Part shown: positions 26,634-40,018 of the stretch, piece by piece
Layout: each line of letters starts with the position of its first letter
Numbering within the stretch: the stretch's first letter is position 1
Origin: Chiloscyllium plagiosum
Taxonomy: Eukaryota
NCBI RefSeq assembly: GCF_004010195.1
Contig: NC_057718.1
Coordinates: 36,918,669 to 36,977,006, forward strand
Length of the DNA: 58,338 bases
Direction of reading: 5' to 3'
Program-made: the position numbers and the translations under genes
Notes under the pieces: model-generated
Told to the model about the DNA's origin: nothing
Seen by the model: the letters and a program-made list of their open reading frames with translations, nothing else
The model's database searches: none

Positions 26634-27311
26634 NNNNNNNNNNNNNNNNNNNNNNNNNNNNNNNNNNNNNNNNNNNNNNNNNNNNNNNNNNNNNNNNNNN
26701 NNNNNNNNNNNNNNNNNNNNNNNNNNNNNNNNNNNNNNNNNNNNNNNNNNNNNNNNNNNNNNNNNNNNNNNNNNNNNNNNNNNNNNNNNNNNNNNNNNNN
26801 NNNNNNNNNNNNNNNNNNNNNNNNNNNNNNNNNNNNNNNNNNNNNNNNNNNNNNNNNNNNNNNNNNNNNNNNNNNNNNNNNNNNNNNNNNNNNNNNNNNN
26901 NNNNNNNNNNNNNNNNNNNNNNNNNNNNNNNNNNNNNNNNNNNNNNNNNNNNNNNNNNNNNNNNNNNNNNNNNNNNNNNNNNNNNNNNNNNNNNNNNNNN
27001 NNNNNNNNNNNNNNNNNNNNNNNNNNNNNNNNNNNNNNNNNNNNNNNNNNNNNNNNNNNNNNNNNNNNNNNNNNNNNNNNNNNNNNNNNNNNNNNNNNNN
27101 NNNNNNNNNNNNNNNNNNNNNNNNNNNNNNNNNNNNNNNNNNNNNNNNNNNNNNNNNNNNNNNNNNNNNNNNNNNNNNNNNNNNNNNNNNNNNNNNNNNN
27201 NNNNNNNNNNNNNNNNNNNNNNNNNNNNNNNNNNNNNNNNNNNNNNNNNNNNNNNNNNNNNNNNNNNNNNNNNNNNNNNNNNNNNNNNNNNNNNNNNNNN
27301 NNNNNNNNNNN
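26634..27311. other. Assembly gap (678 N)
   Basis: Run of N. Confidence 0.99.
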
Positions 27312-27625
27312 CACCCGATGCCTGGAGGAAGAACGCCTCATCTTCTGCCTCGGAACACTTCAACCCCAGTGCATCAATGTGGATTTCACCAGTTTCCTCA
27401 TTTCCCCTTCCCCCACCTTACCCCAGCTCCAGCCTTCCAGCTCAGCACTGTCGTCATGACCTATCCTACCTGCCTGTCTTTCTTTCCACCTATCCACTCC
27501 ACCCTCCTCTCTGACCTATCACCTCCATCCCCACCCCCATTCAACTATTGTACTCTATGCTACTTTCTCCCCACCCCCACCCCCCTCTCATTTATCTCTC
27601 CACTGCAGGCTCCCTCCCTCTATTC

Positions 27626-27653
27626 CTGATGAAGGGCTTTTGCCCGAAACGTC
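27626..27653 (+). ncRNA. Minimal hammerhead ribozyme motif in a PLE terminal repeat (inverted copy at 26457-26484)
   Basis: CTGATGA-agggc-tttt-gccc-GAAAC-GTC: intact core, GC-rich helix II, palindromic ACGT helix III; helix I weak. Confidence 0.65.
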
Positions 27654-28109
27654 AATTTTTCTGCTCCTTGGATGCTGCCTGACCTGCTGAGCTTTTCCAG
27701 CACCACTGTAATCCAGAGAAGTTGAGCTGATCTGGTCAGCTTTTTGGGAGGCTACAGACATTTCTGAAAGTGAAGCTTTGGGCCAATTCTCCAGCAATGT
27801 TCCTGTCCATGCAGTTTTACTGGAGGTGAGTTCCTAGCTATAGCAGCTACCCACCTAGCAGTGGTCAGAAATCATATAAAATAATTAAATACTCAGTTGG
27901 TCCCTATTTTACTGGTGCAATGACATTTTTGAACATCGTATGATCCCATGCAATGTCAGCAGCTTGACAGCTCCAAGTAAGTAAAAACACATTAGGGAGG
28001 CATTATTGTCTGTCACTGGCCAACATTCAGGATAGTAAAGGATCAAACAAACAAGGCTCAGGGCAAAGGTAAAAGAATTAACAAGGTATTATCAAAAGTA
28101 GGAAGCATG

Positions 28110-28408
28110 TGGGTGGCACTGTGGCTCAGTAGTTAGCACTGCTGCTTCACAGTACCAGGGACTCAGGTTCAATTCCACCCTCAGACAATTGTCTGTGTGG
28201 AGTTTGCACACTCTTTTTGGGTGCTCTGGTTTCCTTCCACTGTCCAAAGACGTGCTGGTTAGTGGTTTGGCCAGGCTAAATTACCCAGGGATGTGCAGGC
28301 TAGGTGTATGGGCTGTGGCATTACAGGAATTGGGTGGGATGCTCTGGGGAGGTCAGTGTGGGTTCAATAGGCTGAATGGCCTACTTCCATATTGCAGAGA
28401 TTCTACGA
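28110..28408 (+). mobile_element. HE1-type V-SINE (older)
   Basis: gggtggcactgtggctcagtagttagcactgctgc head; ggctgaatggcctacttcc...gattcta tail. Confidence 0.85.
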
Positions 28409-28565
28409 ATGGAATTTATTAATGAATCAGTCCTAATCGTTAAAAATATTTAAAGTCTAGAAGATTCAAGCTGATATCTCCCTTTTGACTTACATAGTGC
28501 ACCAGCTAAAATTATGCACAGACCATTTTGCAGTAAAATATGGACACACTAGCCAGAAGAGAATC

Positions 28566-28848
28566 CAGTGGCTCGGCGGTTAGCACTGCTGCCTCACAGC
28601 ACCAGGGACCTGGGTTCGATTCCAGCCTTGGACGACTGTCTGTGCGGAGTTTGCACATTCTCCCTGTGTCTGTATGGGTTTCCTCCCACAATCACAAAGA
28701 TGTGCAGGTTAGGTGAGTTGGCTATGCTAAATTGCTGATAGTGTTCAGGGATGTGTAGGTTAGATGCTTTAGTCAGGGATAAATGTATTGGAATGGGTCT
28801 TGATAGGTTACTCTTCAGATGGCCTGTTTCCACTGTAGGAATTCTATG
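28566..28848 (+). mobile_element. HE1-type V-SINE
   Basis: gtggctcggcggttagcactgctgcctcacagc, B box gggttcgattcc, V-domain, tail. Confidence 0.88.
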
Positions 28849-29269
28849 AAAACAGCCTGCACCAATTTGTAAAGTTTGAAAGATACATGAGGTCATATCC
28901 TTTGAAGCAGCAGAGTGAAGTGTCATTCATATTGCTGTTCAGACCTCATGAAACTCATGAAATCCTTAGACAGCTACAGATGGCTGAAAAAGATCTGACT
29001 GCAGAATAACATCAAGAGTGTAATAACAGCTGCCAACGGTTCACTGATTGTTCAGCTACTTATAGGCAACCACTTAAGCAAATTTAATAAATGGGAGAAT
29101 AGACTATGTAAGTCCAATAATTGTTTCCATCAATTTCCTGAGTGCCAACATATTGCAGTTTAGTTTAATTGGAGTTAGGAATTTAGTTTCCCTGTTCAAC
29201 CTTCCTCCATTTCCCTAATATTATCTCCTTGCACCACAGTGCCATCATTCTCCTTCCCATTTCTATTAT

Positions 29270-31895
29270 CCCATCATTCCACACATAGAACATATCTGAG
29301 TAAAGAAACTACCCCTGATAGCTGTCCTAAATCTATCATTCCTCAATTTAAAGCTATGTTCCCTTGTGTTAGCCTTCACCATACAAGGAAAAAGGCTCTC
29401 ACTGTCCACCCTATCTAACCCTCTGATTATCTTATATGTCTCAATTAAGTCACCTCTCAACCTTCTTCTCTCCAACAAAACCAGCCTCAGTTCCCTCAGC
29501 CTTTCCTCATAAGACCTCCCCTCCATAACAGACAACATCCTAGTAAATCTCCTCTGAACCCTTTCCAAAGCCTCCACATTCTTCCAAAATGCGGTGACCA
29601 GAACTGCACACAATACTCCAGGTGCGGCCTTACCAGTGTCTTGTACAGCTGAAGCATGACCTCGTGGCTCCGAAACTCAATCCACCTACCAATAACCACC
29701 AACACACCATATGCCATCTTAACAACTTTATCACCCTGGGTGGCAACTTTCAGGGATTTATGCACCTGGACAACGAGATCTCTCTGTTCACCTACACTGC
29801 CAAGAATTTTACCATTAGCCCAGTACTGTGCTTTCCTGTTACTTCTTCTGAAGTGAACCTTTCCGCATTAAACACCATTTTGCCACTTCTCAGTCCAGCT
29901 CTGCATTTTATCTATGTCCCTCTGTAGCCCACAACATCCTTCAGCACTATCCACAATTGTGCCTACCTTAGTATCATCCACAAATGTACTAATCCATCCT
30001 TCTCCGCCCACATCCACATCATTCATAAAAATGACAAACAGCACTGTCCCAGTACAGATCCTGTGGCACACCACTGGTAACTGAGCTCAAGGATGAACAT
30101 TTGCCATCAATCACCCCCTTTTTCCTTGCATGGTGAAGGCTAACACAAGGGGACATATCTTCTTTCAAATAGCCAATTTCTGATACAAACCGTGAAATCA
30201 CCTTCAATTCCAAAACTCTGTATTTTGTGCAACAGCCTACCATGTGGAACTTTATTAAACTCTTTACTGAAATCCACATACACTACATCAATTGCTTAAC
30301 CATTATCCACCTGTTTTGTCACCTACACGAAGAGCTCAATAAGATTACTGAGGCACAACCTATCCTTCACAAAACTGTGTTAACTCTCCCTAATCAAATT
30401 ATTCTTTTCCAGATGATTATAAATCCTATCTCTTCTAACCTTTTCCAACACCTTACCCACAACTGAAGTAAGGCTCACTGGTCTATAATTACCAGTGTTG
30501 TCCCGACTCCCCTTCTTAAACAAGGGAACAACATTTGCTATCCTTCCTTCCTCTGGCACTACTCCTGTCGACAATGATGATATAAAGATCAAAGCCAAAG
30601 GCTCTGCAATCATCTCCCTAGCTTCCCACAGAATCCAAGGATAAATCCCATCCAGCCCAGGGGTCTTATCTATTTTCAGGTCTTCCAAAATTGCTAAAGC
30701 CTCCTCTTTATCAACCTCAATCCCATCTAATCTTGTAGCCTGTATCTCCATATTCTCATTAACACTGCCCTTTTCAAGTGTGAGTACTGATGAAAGGTAG
30801 TCACTAAACACTTCCCCTACATCATCAGATTCCACACACAACTGCCCACTACTGTCTTTGATTGGCCCTAATCTTACTGTAGTCATTCTTTTATTCCTGA
30901 TATACCTATAGTAGGCCTTAGGGTTTTCCTTGATCCTATCTGCCACCAACTTCTCATGTCCCCTCCTGACTCTTCTTAGCCCTCTCTTTAGATCTTTTCT
31001 GGCTAATTTAGAACTCTCAAGCCCCTTATCTGAGCCTTCATGCCTCATCCTTATAGAAGTCTTCTTCTTTCTCTTGACAAGAGTTTCAACGTCTTTAGTA
31101 AACCACGGTTCCCTCTCTTGACAATTATCTCCCTGCCTGATAGGTGTATACTTATCAAGGACCTGCAGTAGCTGTTGCTTGGATAAGCACCACACTTCAA
31201 GTGTGTCCATCCCCTGCAGTTTCCTTCCCCATCCTATGCATCCACAATCTTGCCTAATCACATCACAATTGCCTTCCCCCCAGTTATACCTCTTTCTCTC
31301 CGGTATGTACCTATCCCTGCCCATTGCTATTGTAATCATAACCAAATTGTGGTCACTATCGCCAATGTGCTCACCTACCTCCAAATCTAACAGCTGGCCA
31401 GGTTCATTCCCCGGTACCAAATCCAATATGGCATTGCCCCTTGTTGGCCTATCTAAATACTGTGCCAGAAAACCCTCCTGCACACATTGAACAAAAATTG
31501 ACCCATCTAAACTACTTGAACTATAGTATTGCCAGTCAATGTTGGGGAAGTTAAGGCCCCCATAACAACTACCCTGTTACTCTAGCTCCTATCAAGAATC
31601 ATCTTTTGCTATCCTTTCCTCTACATCCCTGGAACAATTCAGAGGTGTATAGAAAACTCCCAATGGGGTGACCACTCCTTTCCTGTTTCTAACCTCAGCC
31701 CAAACTACCTCAGTGGACGAGTCTTCAAACATTATCTCAGCTGCAATAATTCTACCCTTGATTAACAATGCCACACCCACCGCCTCTTTTACCATCTTCT
31801 CTGTTCTTACTGAAACATTTAAATCCTTGAATCTGCAACAACCATTTTTGTCCCTCCTCTAGCCATGTCTCTGAAATGGCCACAACATCGAAATC
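29270..31895 (-). mobile_element. CR1 LINE ORF2 relic (APE endonuclease + RT), frameshifted with deletions
   Basis: GVALLIK, WAEVRNRKG, FLAQYLDRPTRGNAILDLV, GDSDHN, KTPGLDGIYP, NVVPLFKKGSRDNTGNYRPVSLTSVVGKVLE, SGVPQ, FVDDTK, LYKTLVRPHLEYCVQFWSP; longest open stretch 30380-31483 (367 aa). Confidence 0.96.
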
Positions 31896-34111
31896 ATCTT
31901 CCTTCAAGAGGGAGAATTACTCAGCAGAAGAGACCCATCAAGGATGACCTAATCAGTTGGATTGAGGAAGGGCTGGCTTAGATGCATGGTTATTTGTGCA
32001 ATGACAAGTTGCTTTCATAACAAATAACTCCAAATACGTTAGTCACAGCTGGAGGGACAACAGAGTTCATCGACCTAGGATCTAACGGAAATCAGCTTAT
32101 ACATATCTATTATACAATCTTAATGGTTAATATCATTCTGGTGTCAAAACGGTAAATTTGCACTTGGAACCACATCAGAGCTTGAATTACATGAAATCAT
32201 CTAATTGCTTTTCCTCACAGCTGCAAGAATGCGTAATGCTGAGTGGCAGTGACTTAGATATTGCTCAGCGATGGTTTGTGTGAAATAGAAAGGCCTGAGG
32301 AGTATGTAATGCTGGGTCTTGGACCTCATCAACATGAAACTGGTTTTGTTGAGGACTCTAACTTATTTGAATATGCAAAGATAACTTACTCTGTTCAAGT
32401 ACCTTTGCTACCAGAACCGATGGCACTGCACTTCTGGCTAATAGGAAGAAAACAGGTGGACTGTGTATGCTCAGCCATTGGGAGTAAATTGTTATAAAAA
32501 GAGGAACAAAATCTTTAATTTTCAATGATTACTTATTGAGAGGAGAAAAAAGTCAATAAAGTCAGATGTTAATATTTTACAGAGAGTATCAGTTTAATTT
32601 GCAACCTGAGCAGACACTAACCAGCCAGACAATTTTAAGTGCGGACATTTGGGTGGAGAAATTAAGCTCAAGGCTGTCTATTGTATGGCATAGAATTTCA
32701 CATCAAGGCCTTCCCCCATTGAATCTACACTTTATTGGCTTGACTAATTTCTGGTTGCCTGCCTGAACCCGGCATTAGGTTCCCTAAATTTGTGAATTGG
32801 GGTCTTATCCTAGCCCCATTATTCACTATATGATAACTTTCCTTTACAGAAAAGGAAACTGTTCTGACAGAAACATCTATCTCTAATTTGAAAAATAAAT
32901 AACATTTGTTCAAAGAATCACATCAAAGGGATTTGTTTCTGGAAGAGGTCAAAGGAAACTGAACTGTTTGCCTGTAACTCGCTGATTGAACACACATGTA
33001 ACAAATTTCTGTCCCTTTGGACTTATGGTTTCGTTTTGGGATTTTGAATGTGTAACATATTTCTCAAGGATTTCTGTATAAAACGATGACTGAGTGAAGT
33101 TTGCTGATGATAATAGCACAGTGGCAGCAGAAAATTTGACTAATGTTTTCCTGGACATAAAAGAGAATTGAGGGACATTCAAATTGTTCCTGTAGGAATA
33201 TAGTCTACCTGCTGCACTGCGAGAAACATGACATTTCTGAACATTCCATGACAGGATATGCCCATTAATCATCTTCAGCTCTATCCTCCGTGCGTGACTC
33301 GGATCCATAAAATTCAATTAACCCTCCAACTGCATTGACCTCTGACCGCTCCTCACCACATCCTAAACATTCGCACCTACCCTTGCATCAAGCCTCCTTT
33401 TGACGTTACTGCACCGCCCTCTCCACCACTCCCCTGCATTCAGATTTCTTCCATGTTCCTTGGTTTATTTTCAAGCTCCAAATGTTCTGATGTAAAAGAA
33501 AGTTGCATTCAGTTGGATTCAATACTTTGCAAACACTTTACAACCTCTTGCACTGGGACCCTCAGCTCACTCCAAAACAGAACAAGAGTGGGAATACACA
33601 GGTTGCTTATGTAACTAGCTTTTGTTCAATAAAACTTGTGAAAGATGCACCTAGCGAGCCAAAAAGATCCACCCCTGCATATTTTGCTTTAATAAATCTG
33701 AGCAATGGGATCTGGGTGGCTGCCACAGTGCATTGGAATTGTCTATTTAGCCCACCCATGCTGATAATGTGCAAGTTTCTCCTTACGGCCTGACAGCTGC
33801 TATGAATGTTAACAGAATGCGTTCAGTCCAATTTCTCAGAGTCAAGATTGAGCAATATTGGCTTTAGCAAGAAGACATGGGAGATTAAAATGTTACTCAG
33901 ATGGAATAGAATGATGGATAGTATGGTTTACTGAGCTACACTCTTGGAGTAATAGAGATGGTTAGTTCTATATGTGACCTGATCCCTGCTACCAAAGTAC
34001 AAGTGCTCCCATGTGAGATCATGTTCTAATTATGTTGGAAACTTGCATTACGGTCGCAGTAATAAAGATTTAAGTGCATTCTTTACCTTCTGGCACATGC
34101 ATTAGTGGAAA

Positions 34112-34930
34112 TTCAGGGCCTTGGTGAGACCACATCTGGAGTATTATGTGCTGATGGACTCCACATCTGAGGAAGGGTGTTCTGGCTATGTAAGGATTGC
34201 AACAAAGGTTTACCAGATTGATTCGTGGGATGACAGGACTGATGTCTAAGAAGAGATTGAACTATTTAGAACGATAGTCACCGATGTTTCAAAGAATGAG
34301 AGGGGAATCTCCTAGAGTCCGATAAAATTCTAACAGGGCTAGACAGGGTAAATGCAGGAAGGATGTTCCTGATTGGGGAGTACAGAACTATGAAGCACAG
34401 ACTAAGGATACAGGGTTGGTCATTTAAGACTGAGATAAGGAGAAATTTTTTCAAACAGACAATGGTCAGCCTGTGGAATTTTCTGCCACTGAAAGTGGTG
34501 GAAGGCAAAACATTGAATACTTTCAAGAAGGAGTTAGATATCCTTCTTAATGCTAAAGGGATCAAAGGGTCTGGGGAGAAAGTAGGAGCAGGGTATTGAG
34601 TTGGATGATTAGTCATGATCAGTGCTCTACCTTAAATATATTAAAATATTCTGCATCCAATGCTTTTTGGGAAAGGAAATTCCAAAGATTCACATCCTCT
34701 ATTTTATATGGACAACCACTTGTTTTTAAACCATGATCTCCAGTTCTCGATTCTCCCACAAGAGGAAACATGCTTTCAACATTCACTTAGTCAAGTCTCC
34801 TCAGGATCTTATATATTTCAATTAAGCCACCTTTGACTCTTCTAAACACCAAAGGATACAGGTCTAGCCTGTATAGTCTTTCCTCATAAAATATTCTGCT
34901 CATTCCAGTTCTTAATCTAGTAAAGCTTCT
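34112..34930. mobile_element. Two tail-to-tail CR1 3' fragments (+ 34112-34620; - 34620-34930)
   Basis: ALVRPHLEY, RRNFFKQTMVSLWNFLP on +; reverse-strand equivalent downstream. Confidence 0.8.
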
Positions 34931-34939
34931 GTGATTGCA

Positions 34940-35745
34940 TGAGAAGATGCTATGGGAGGGGTGAGGAACTGTGAAGAATGATGGTATGGCCTAGGTTGTG
35001 GTGGAGGGAATGGTCCCTGGAAAACATTGACTGTGGAGAGTGGGGAGGAAGTATTTGATGGTGGCATTCTGGTGGAGATGGTAGAAACAGTGAAAGGTGA
35101 TCCTTTGAATGTGGAGATCGGTGCAGTGGAAATGAGGATAGTGTTCGGGGAAGGGGTGAGGGCAAAACTGCAGGAAAATGCCGGACAAGGCTAAGGTTCC
35201 TGTATGCTATGATTGTGGGGAAAAACTGGGAACATAGAATGGAGTCATTGCAGGAAGCAGGGTGTGAGGAGTGCAGTCAAGGTAACTGTGGGAGTGGTGG
35301 GTTTGTAGTGGATATTTGTGGATAGACTATCCCTAGAAATTGAAACAGAAATCAAGGAAGAGAAAGGGAGAGTCAGAAATAAACCAGGTGAAGGTGAAAG
35401 AAAGTGAGAGGGAACTTGGAAGCAAAATTGATGAATTTTTACAATTCCCATTTTCCAGTTTTTCATACAAGGAAGCAGAACTGATCATATCTTCAATGTA
35501 TCAAAGAAAAAGTTGTGGGACGAGCCCTGAGTAGGACTGGAACAAGAAATGTTCCACAGAATCAACAAAGAGACGGGCATTGCCAATGCCCCTGCAAGTA
35601 CCCTTTGACTTTGAGCAGGTGAGAGGAGTTAAAGGAAAAGTTGTTCAAAGTGATGGTGAGCTCAGCCAGGTCAAGGGTGACAGTGGATAGGGCCAGTTCA
35701 GAACTGCATCCATCAAAGAAATGGAGTGGCTTCAGCCCATCCTGA
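34940..35745 (-). mobile_element. Decayed Penelope-like element RT/thumb fragment
   Basis: Minus strand ISVSISRDSLSTNIHYKPT plus LTITLNNFSFN-like block, paralleling 44129-45874. Confidence 0.75.
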
Positions 35746-36109
35746 TTACACTCCTGATTTCCCTTTATTTTCTAACCTTGGTCATCTTTCAAATGCTGAC
35801 AAAACCCTATAATCCTTAACAACAGTCTGTTAGCAAGCCTCTTGCCTTGGGATGCTTTGGCTGCTGCATCTTCAAAAGGGGGAGCGTGCCTGTTGAATCA
35901 TCTTTCTTTCCTTATCAGACCTCTAGCAGAATGCAGCTTTATAAGTTAAATAGTAACACTATCCCTTTGTAACTGGTGCTACACAGGAGACTCTGTTCAA
36001 GCAATCAATGAAGATCAGCCCCTGGCCTGACCCGGGGAAAATGCTTGCCTGAGTTGGCATGAGAAAGTTGCACCAAGTCACTAATTTTTTAGTTATTTTA
36101 AAGCTGTTC

Positions 36110-36770
36110 TTCTGAATGTTGATGTCACTGGCAAAGTTAGCATTTATTGCACATGCCTAAATGCCCTTGATAAAATGGTGATAAGCTGCTAATTGTAGTC
36201 CATGTTGCATAGGTACATCCATAGTGCTGTTTAAAAAATAGTTCCAGGTTTTTGACTAAGTAACAGTGAATGAATGGATGGTTCTGTGGAACATTCCTTG
36301 TTCCAGTCCTACTCAGGCCCCCTCCCACAACGTTTTCTTTGATACATTGAAGATATGATCGGTTCTGCTTCATTGTATAAAAAGGAGTGTGTTGCTTTGA
36401 CAGGTATTTCCAAGAGGTGCTGTGCATTTGTTGCCCTTGTTTTTCAAAGTGGTAATGGTCACGGGTTTGGATGGAGCTGTTGAAAGAGGTTTGATGAGTT
36501 ACTGAATCACTGTAGTCACTGTGCACTGGTGATGGAAGGAGTGAATGTTGGAGGTGGTGGAAAGAATGCTAATCGGCTGGGCAGGCTGCTTTGACTTGGA
36601 TTGAGTTGAATTTCTTGAGGATTGTTGGAGCTGTGCTCAGTTAGGCAAGTACAGAATACTCCACCACATTCCTAACTTGTTCTTTGTTGAGAGGAGACAT
36701 GAGGTGAGTTTCTTACTGCAGAATTCCTAGCCTCTGACCAGTGATTGTACCCACAATATTTAACAACGAT
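36110..36770 (-). mobile_element. Decayed LINE 3' fragment (CR1-group, same type as 56520-57800)
   Basis: gtcactggc...agcatttattgcacatgcctaaatgcccttga tail; gctgctttgacttgga...gagtttcttactgcagaattcctagcctctga shared with 56580-56750. Confidence 0.6.
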
Positions 36771-38144
36771 GATGTGGAGTACAAGTAAGTCACTTTGCAT
36801 TTGTGCTGTATTTGGGAAATAATCTCTAAAACTGCATCCACTATGATTCAACAAAGTTTCAATTCCATTCGTTGTATCCCTCTAGATATGTGTGCAAGGG
36901 TTTGAATTCATTCAATCTTTTGTTCTGCCAAATATACTTCTACAGATTGGATTTCTGCATTTTTGAAAAATCCTATTTAATTATTTCTCAGACACCCCAT
37001 ACCAAATGTGAAAGCATTTCAATGAGAACTAGTTTTTTTTTAAAGTGAACTCTAATTACAACAGTCAACTGCTCTGGCTCTCCTACTGTTACAAGATCTC
37101 AGCACTAAATGACAAGACCTTGAGTTTCAGCCAGATAGCAACCATTTACCATTCGCTCATCAAATTATGGCATCTGCAGACAAAAATACCTCTAAGATGG
37201 TCAAATCAGTCTGTGTGGTTCACTCAATTATCAGTAATAACGCATGCTTTATAACTGAAACCACTTGTGAAAATAAAATCGCTTAATAACTTTTGATTGC
37301 TATTTAAGCCATCAGTCAATAAACTAAAGGAACGTTTTGAACTTTCATTCCATGTCTTCTTTCCTCCTTCAGCACATTTGTTAATAATGAGGCTCTGTTA
37401 TTGCTGAGTGGAAAAAACCGCAATTTCTTCTGGTAACAGTGCAGTGCTCTGCAGTACAAATGTGTGTGAGGCATGATTGCTCTAGATGAAAGTTGACTTT
37501 GGCAATTATCTTGATTGAACTCTAATGATCTTAATTCATTTGAAAACATTTTGCAATATAGATGAGCTTTCCAAGTCTGTCAATCACACATATAGAACAA
37601 ATAGAACAATAAATAAACACCAATTCTGTGAGACTATCCATGCTGCTATTTAGTTTGCAGGAACACAATATAATAATGCCGCTCAGAAATTACTTAGGAT
37701 GTACTCTTGTCTCACTTCAACAAAGGTGGCCCAGGTTTGAAAAAATGTGATATTGGCAGAAGAATTCCAATTTTGATTTTTCTGTCATCCTGTTTCTCAG
37801 CAGGAATGGTGAGACGTGGAGAACAAAATTGCAAGTAGAAAGTATTCTGCCATCTTGCACAATGCTAGAGCTCTGGAAGCAAAAGAGAATCCCATTATAA
37901 CATGCAAATTAGATGCTTTAAATGAATGCTACAGCTAATGTTGAACACACTGTATTAAAGTCCTACATATAGAGCATTTACTGACAAGAACTTAGATAAT
38001 TAGAAACTTGCAAAATTTTTGATTGATTTTCTTTGGATAATTAAGCTTAGAAGAGCTATCCTTTTATTCCTTGATTTCGCTTCAAGTCCCTGAGGATGCT
38101 CAGTAAGCAATTACTAAAGTCAAACATCATCTTGGCCACTTCAG

Positions 38145-38515
38145 TGAACAGAAAACAACAAGTGCTGGAGATCACAGCAGGTCAGGCAGCATCTATGGAG
38201 AGAGAGCAAGCTAATGTTTCTGGTCTAGATGACTCTTCATCAGAGCTGAAGTGAAGTGTGGAGGGGATGTCATTAATGCTATAGTAAGAGAGGGGGTGGG
38301 GGTCGTTGGAGGAGGGGGGAGAAAGAAAGTTGATAATTCAGGTTAAGTGATTGGGATGTGAGAAAGGCAGAGCAATGGTGTGTCTAACTGCCAGACTGGA
38401 AAGAACAGACAGTCCCAGTGGGATAGGGGCAAGGGAAGACAGGGTGACAGACAATGTAACAAGTAAAGCTATAAGAAAGGGAAAGAATGGGTTCACAATT
38501 TGAAGGTGGTCTTCC
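38145..38515 (-). mobile_element. Penelope-like element 3' end with hammerhead core (38209-38247)
   Basis: Same family as 1247-2015; minus strand agct-CTGATGA-agagtcatctagacca-GAAAC-att-agct. Confidence 0.75.
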
Positions 38516-38552
38516 TGAGGCACTTCAGTCTGCCTGGAAAGCCCAGCAGCAT

Positions 38553-38877
38553 GGGGGCAGCATGTACTCAGTGGCTAGCCTCACAGCACCAGGGATCCGG
38601 GTTCGATTCCCACCTTGGCCGTCTATCTGTGCGGAATTTGTACATTTTCCCCGTGTCTAGTAGGTTTCCTCTGGGTGCTCTGGTTTCCTCCCACAATCCA
38701 ATGATGTGCAGGTTAGATGAATTGGTCATGCCAAATTGCCCATAGTGAAAGGTGCATTAGTCAGGGGTGAATGTAGGCTGGGGGAGTGGGTCTGGGTGGG
38801 CTGCTCTTCAGAGGGTTGGTGTGGACTTTTTGGGCCAATGGGCCTGTTTCCATACTTTAGGGAATCTAATCTAATCA
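38553..38877 (+). mobile_element. HE1-type V-SINE
   Basis: B box ccgggttcgattccc, V-domain, tail aatctaatctaatc. Confidence 0.88.
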
Positions 38878-38919
38878 ACGAGGTGGGGGCATGTCAGGGA
38901 GTGACAGTTGCAGCTGCAG

Positions 38920-39345
38920 GAACTGTACAGTGAGTAGAGGCTGCCATATCCTCTCAAAAAGATCTACAGATGCAGAGCCATGTATCTCCATTTCACTGAA
39001 GGATAGTTCACAAGGCGTCTGGGCGGCCTCAGCAAACTGGCTACTGACATGTGCAGTCATTAAAACAGGATGGGAATCACACCATGCATGTATTACACAA
39101 GATTGTGAAAGTCACTACTGGCCTCAGTACTTTTTGGGTTCCCTTTGGACTTCAGCAATTAGTAGTCAATAGCTGCATCAAGTAGGTGACTGAACTTCTC
39201 TTTACAAAGGTCTATGAATATACCATGTGTCTCATTGATAGATGGTATCAGCAGGAAAAGACTGTAAAGGTGCTGGTTATGCAGTTGCCTGTCAAACTGA
39301 GGGACATGTCTCAGCAACTAAATATAATACACTCCACCAAATGCA
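38920..39345 (+). pseudogene. PIF/Harbinger (HARBI1-like) transposase N-terminal relic
   Basis: RLPYPLKKIYRCRAMYLHFTEG*FTRRL ... VTTGL ... SCIK*VTELLFTKVYEY resembles the Harbinger N-terminal HTH region (RRLRLS...V..AL.F.A.GSFQ...I..VT..L); stops and frameshifts. Confidence 0.55.
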
Positions 39346-40018
39346 GGAGCAGTGCTCCAAAAGCTTGTGATTTCAAGTAAACCCTGTTGGACTATAATCT
39401 GGTGTCATGTGACTTGTGACCAACTAAATATAGGCCATAGGGATCAGATTCTGATCCTGGCCATTTATGTATTTATGTTTACACATTGCTTCTTGAAGCT
39501 CAGTGGTGTGGATAAATGGGGTTCCTTGTCTGCTGGGCCCATGACAAGTAGATGTCACCTTTTAGGGGCCTTGTGCTCCCTAGGACTATGATTAATTTCA
39601 CCCATAAAGCTGCCTGGTTCTTGTCAATGACAATGGATGCACCCTGTAGACAAAAGCAGAATTGCAAATGCTTCAGCACTATAGCAGTGCAATGAACACC
39701 CATCGTACCTTTCTCATATAATTTCTTTGTCCAACTATTGTTATTAGGTTTTCCCATAATGGCTTCATCATGGAAGGTTCAAGGCAGCTGCTGCTGCTGC
39801 TGGAATGAGGGCTTCTTAAATGATGAAGGACACTGAACTTTAAGGTTTCTGCACGAGAGGACCTGGCTGCAGAATCTTGTCTATTTCTGGGGCAATTAGA
39901 TCTGAATGGTCTATTGTGCTATATCCATTCTCTGATTCTAAAAGGAGAAAATGTTTAATCTCGATTGCGTAATGATAACTCTCACATGCTGTGGCTCAAC
40001 ACTTCCACTGATCTGCAG

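Larger units (their letters stand above)
26358..27712 (+). mobile_element. Penelope-like element with inverted terminal repeats spanning an assembly gap
   Basis: Left end is the reverse complement of the right end; TRCLEEERLIFCLGTLQPQCINVDF C-terminus after the gap; imperfect TSD agagaa(a/g)ttga. Confidence 0.85.

Noticed and set aside
26455..27629. Long ORFs of 248-354 aa in the ORF track
   Set aside because: Artefacts of translating through the 678-N gap
30380..31483. 367-aa ORF as a host gene
   Set aside because: Part of a frameshifted CR1 ORF2
32200..32500. Acceptor-like ctaattgcttttcctcacag and a 78-aa ORF
   Set aside because: All frames from the acceptor stop within about 20 codons and no strong donor follows
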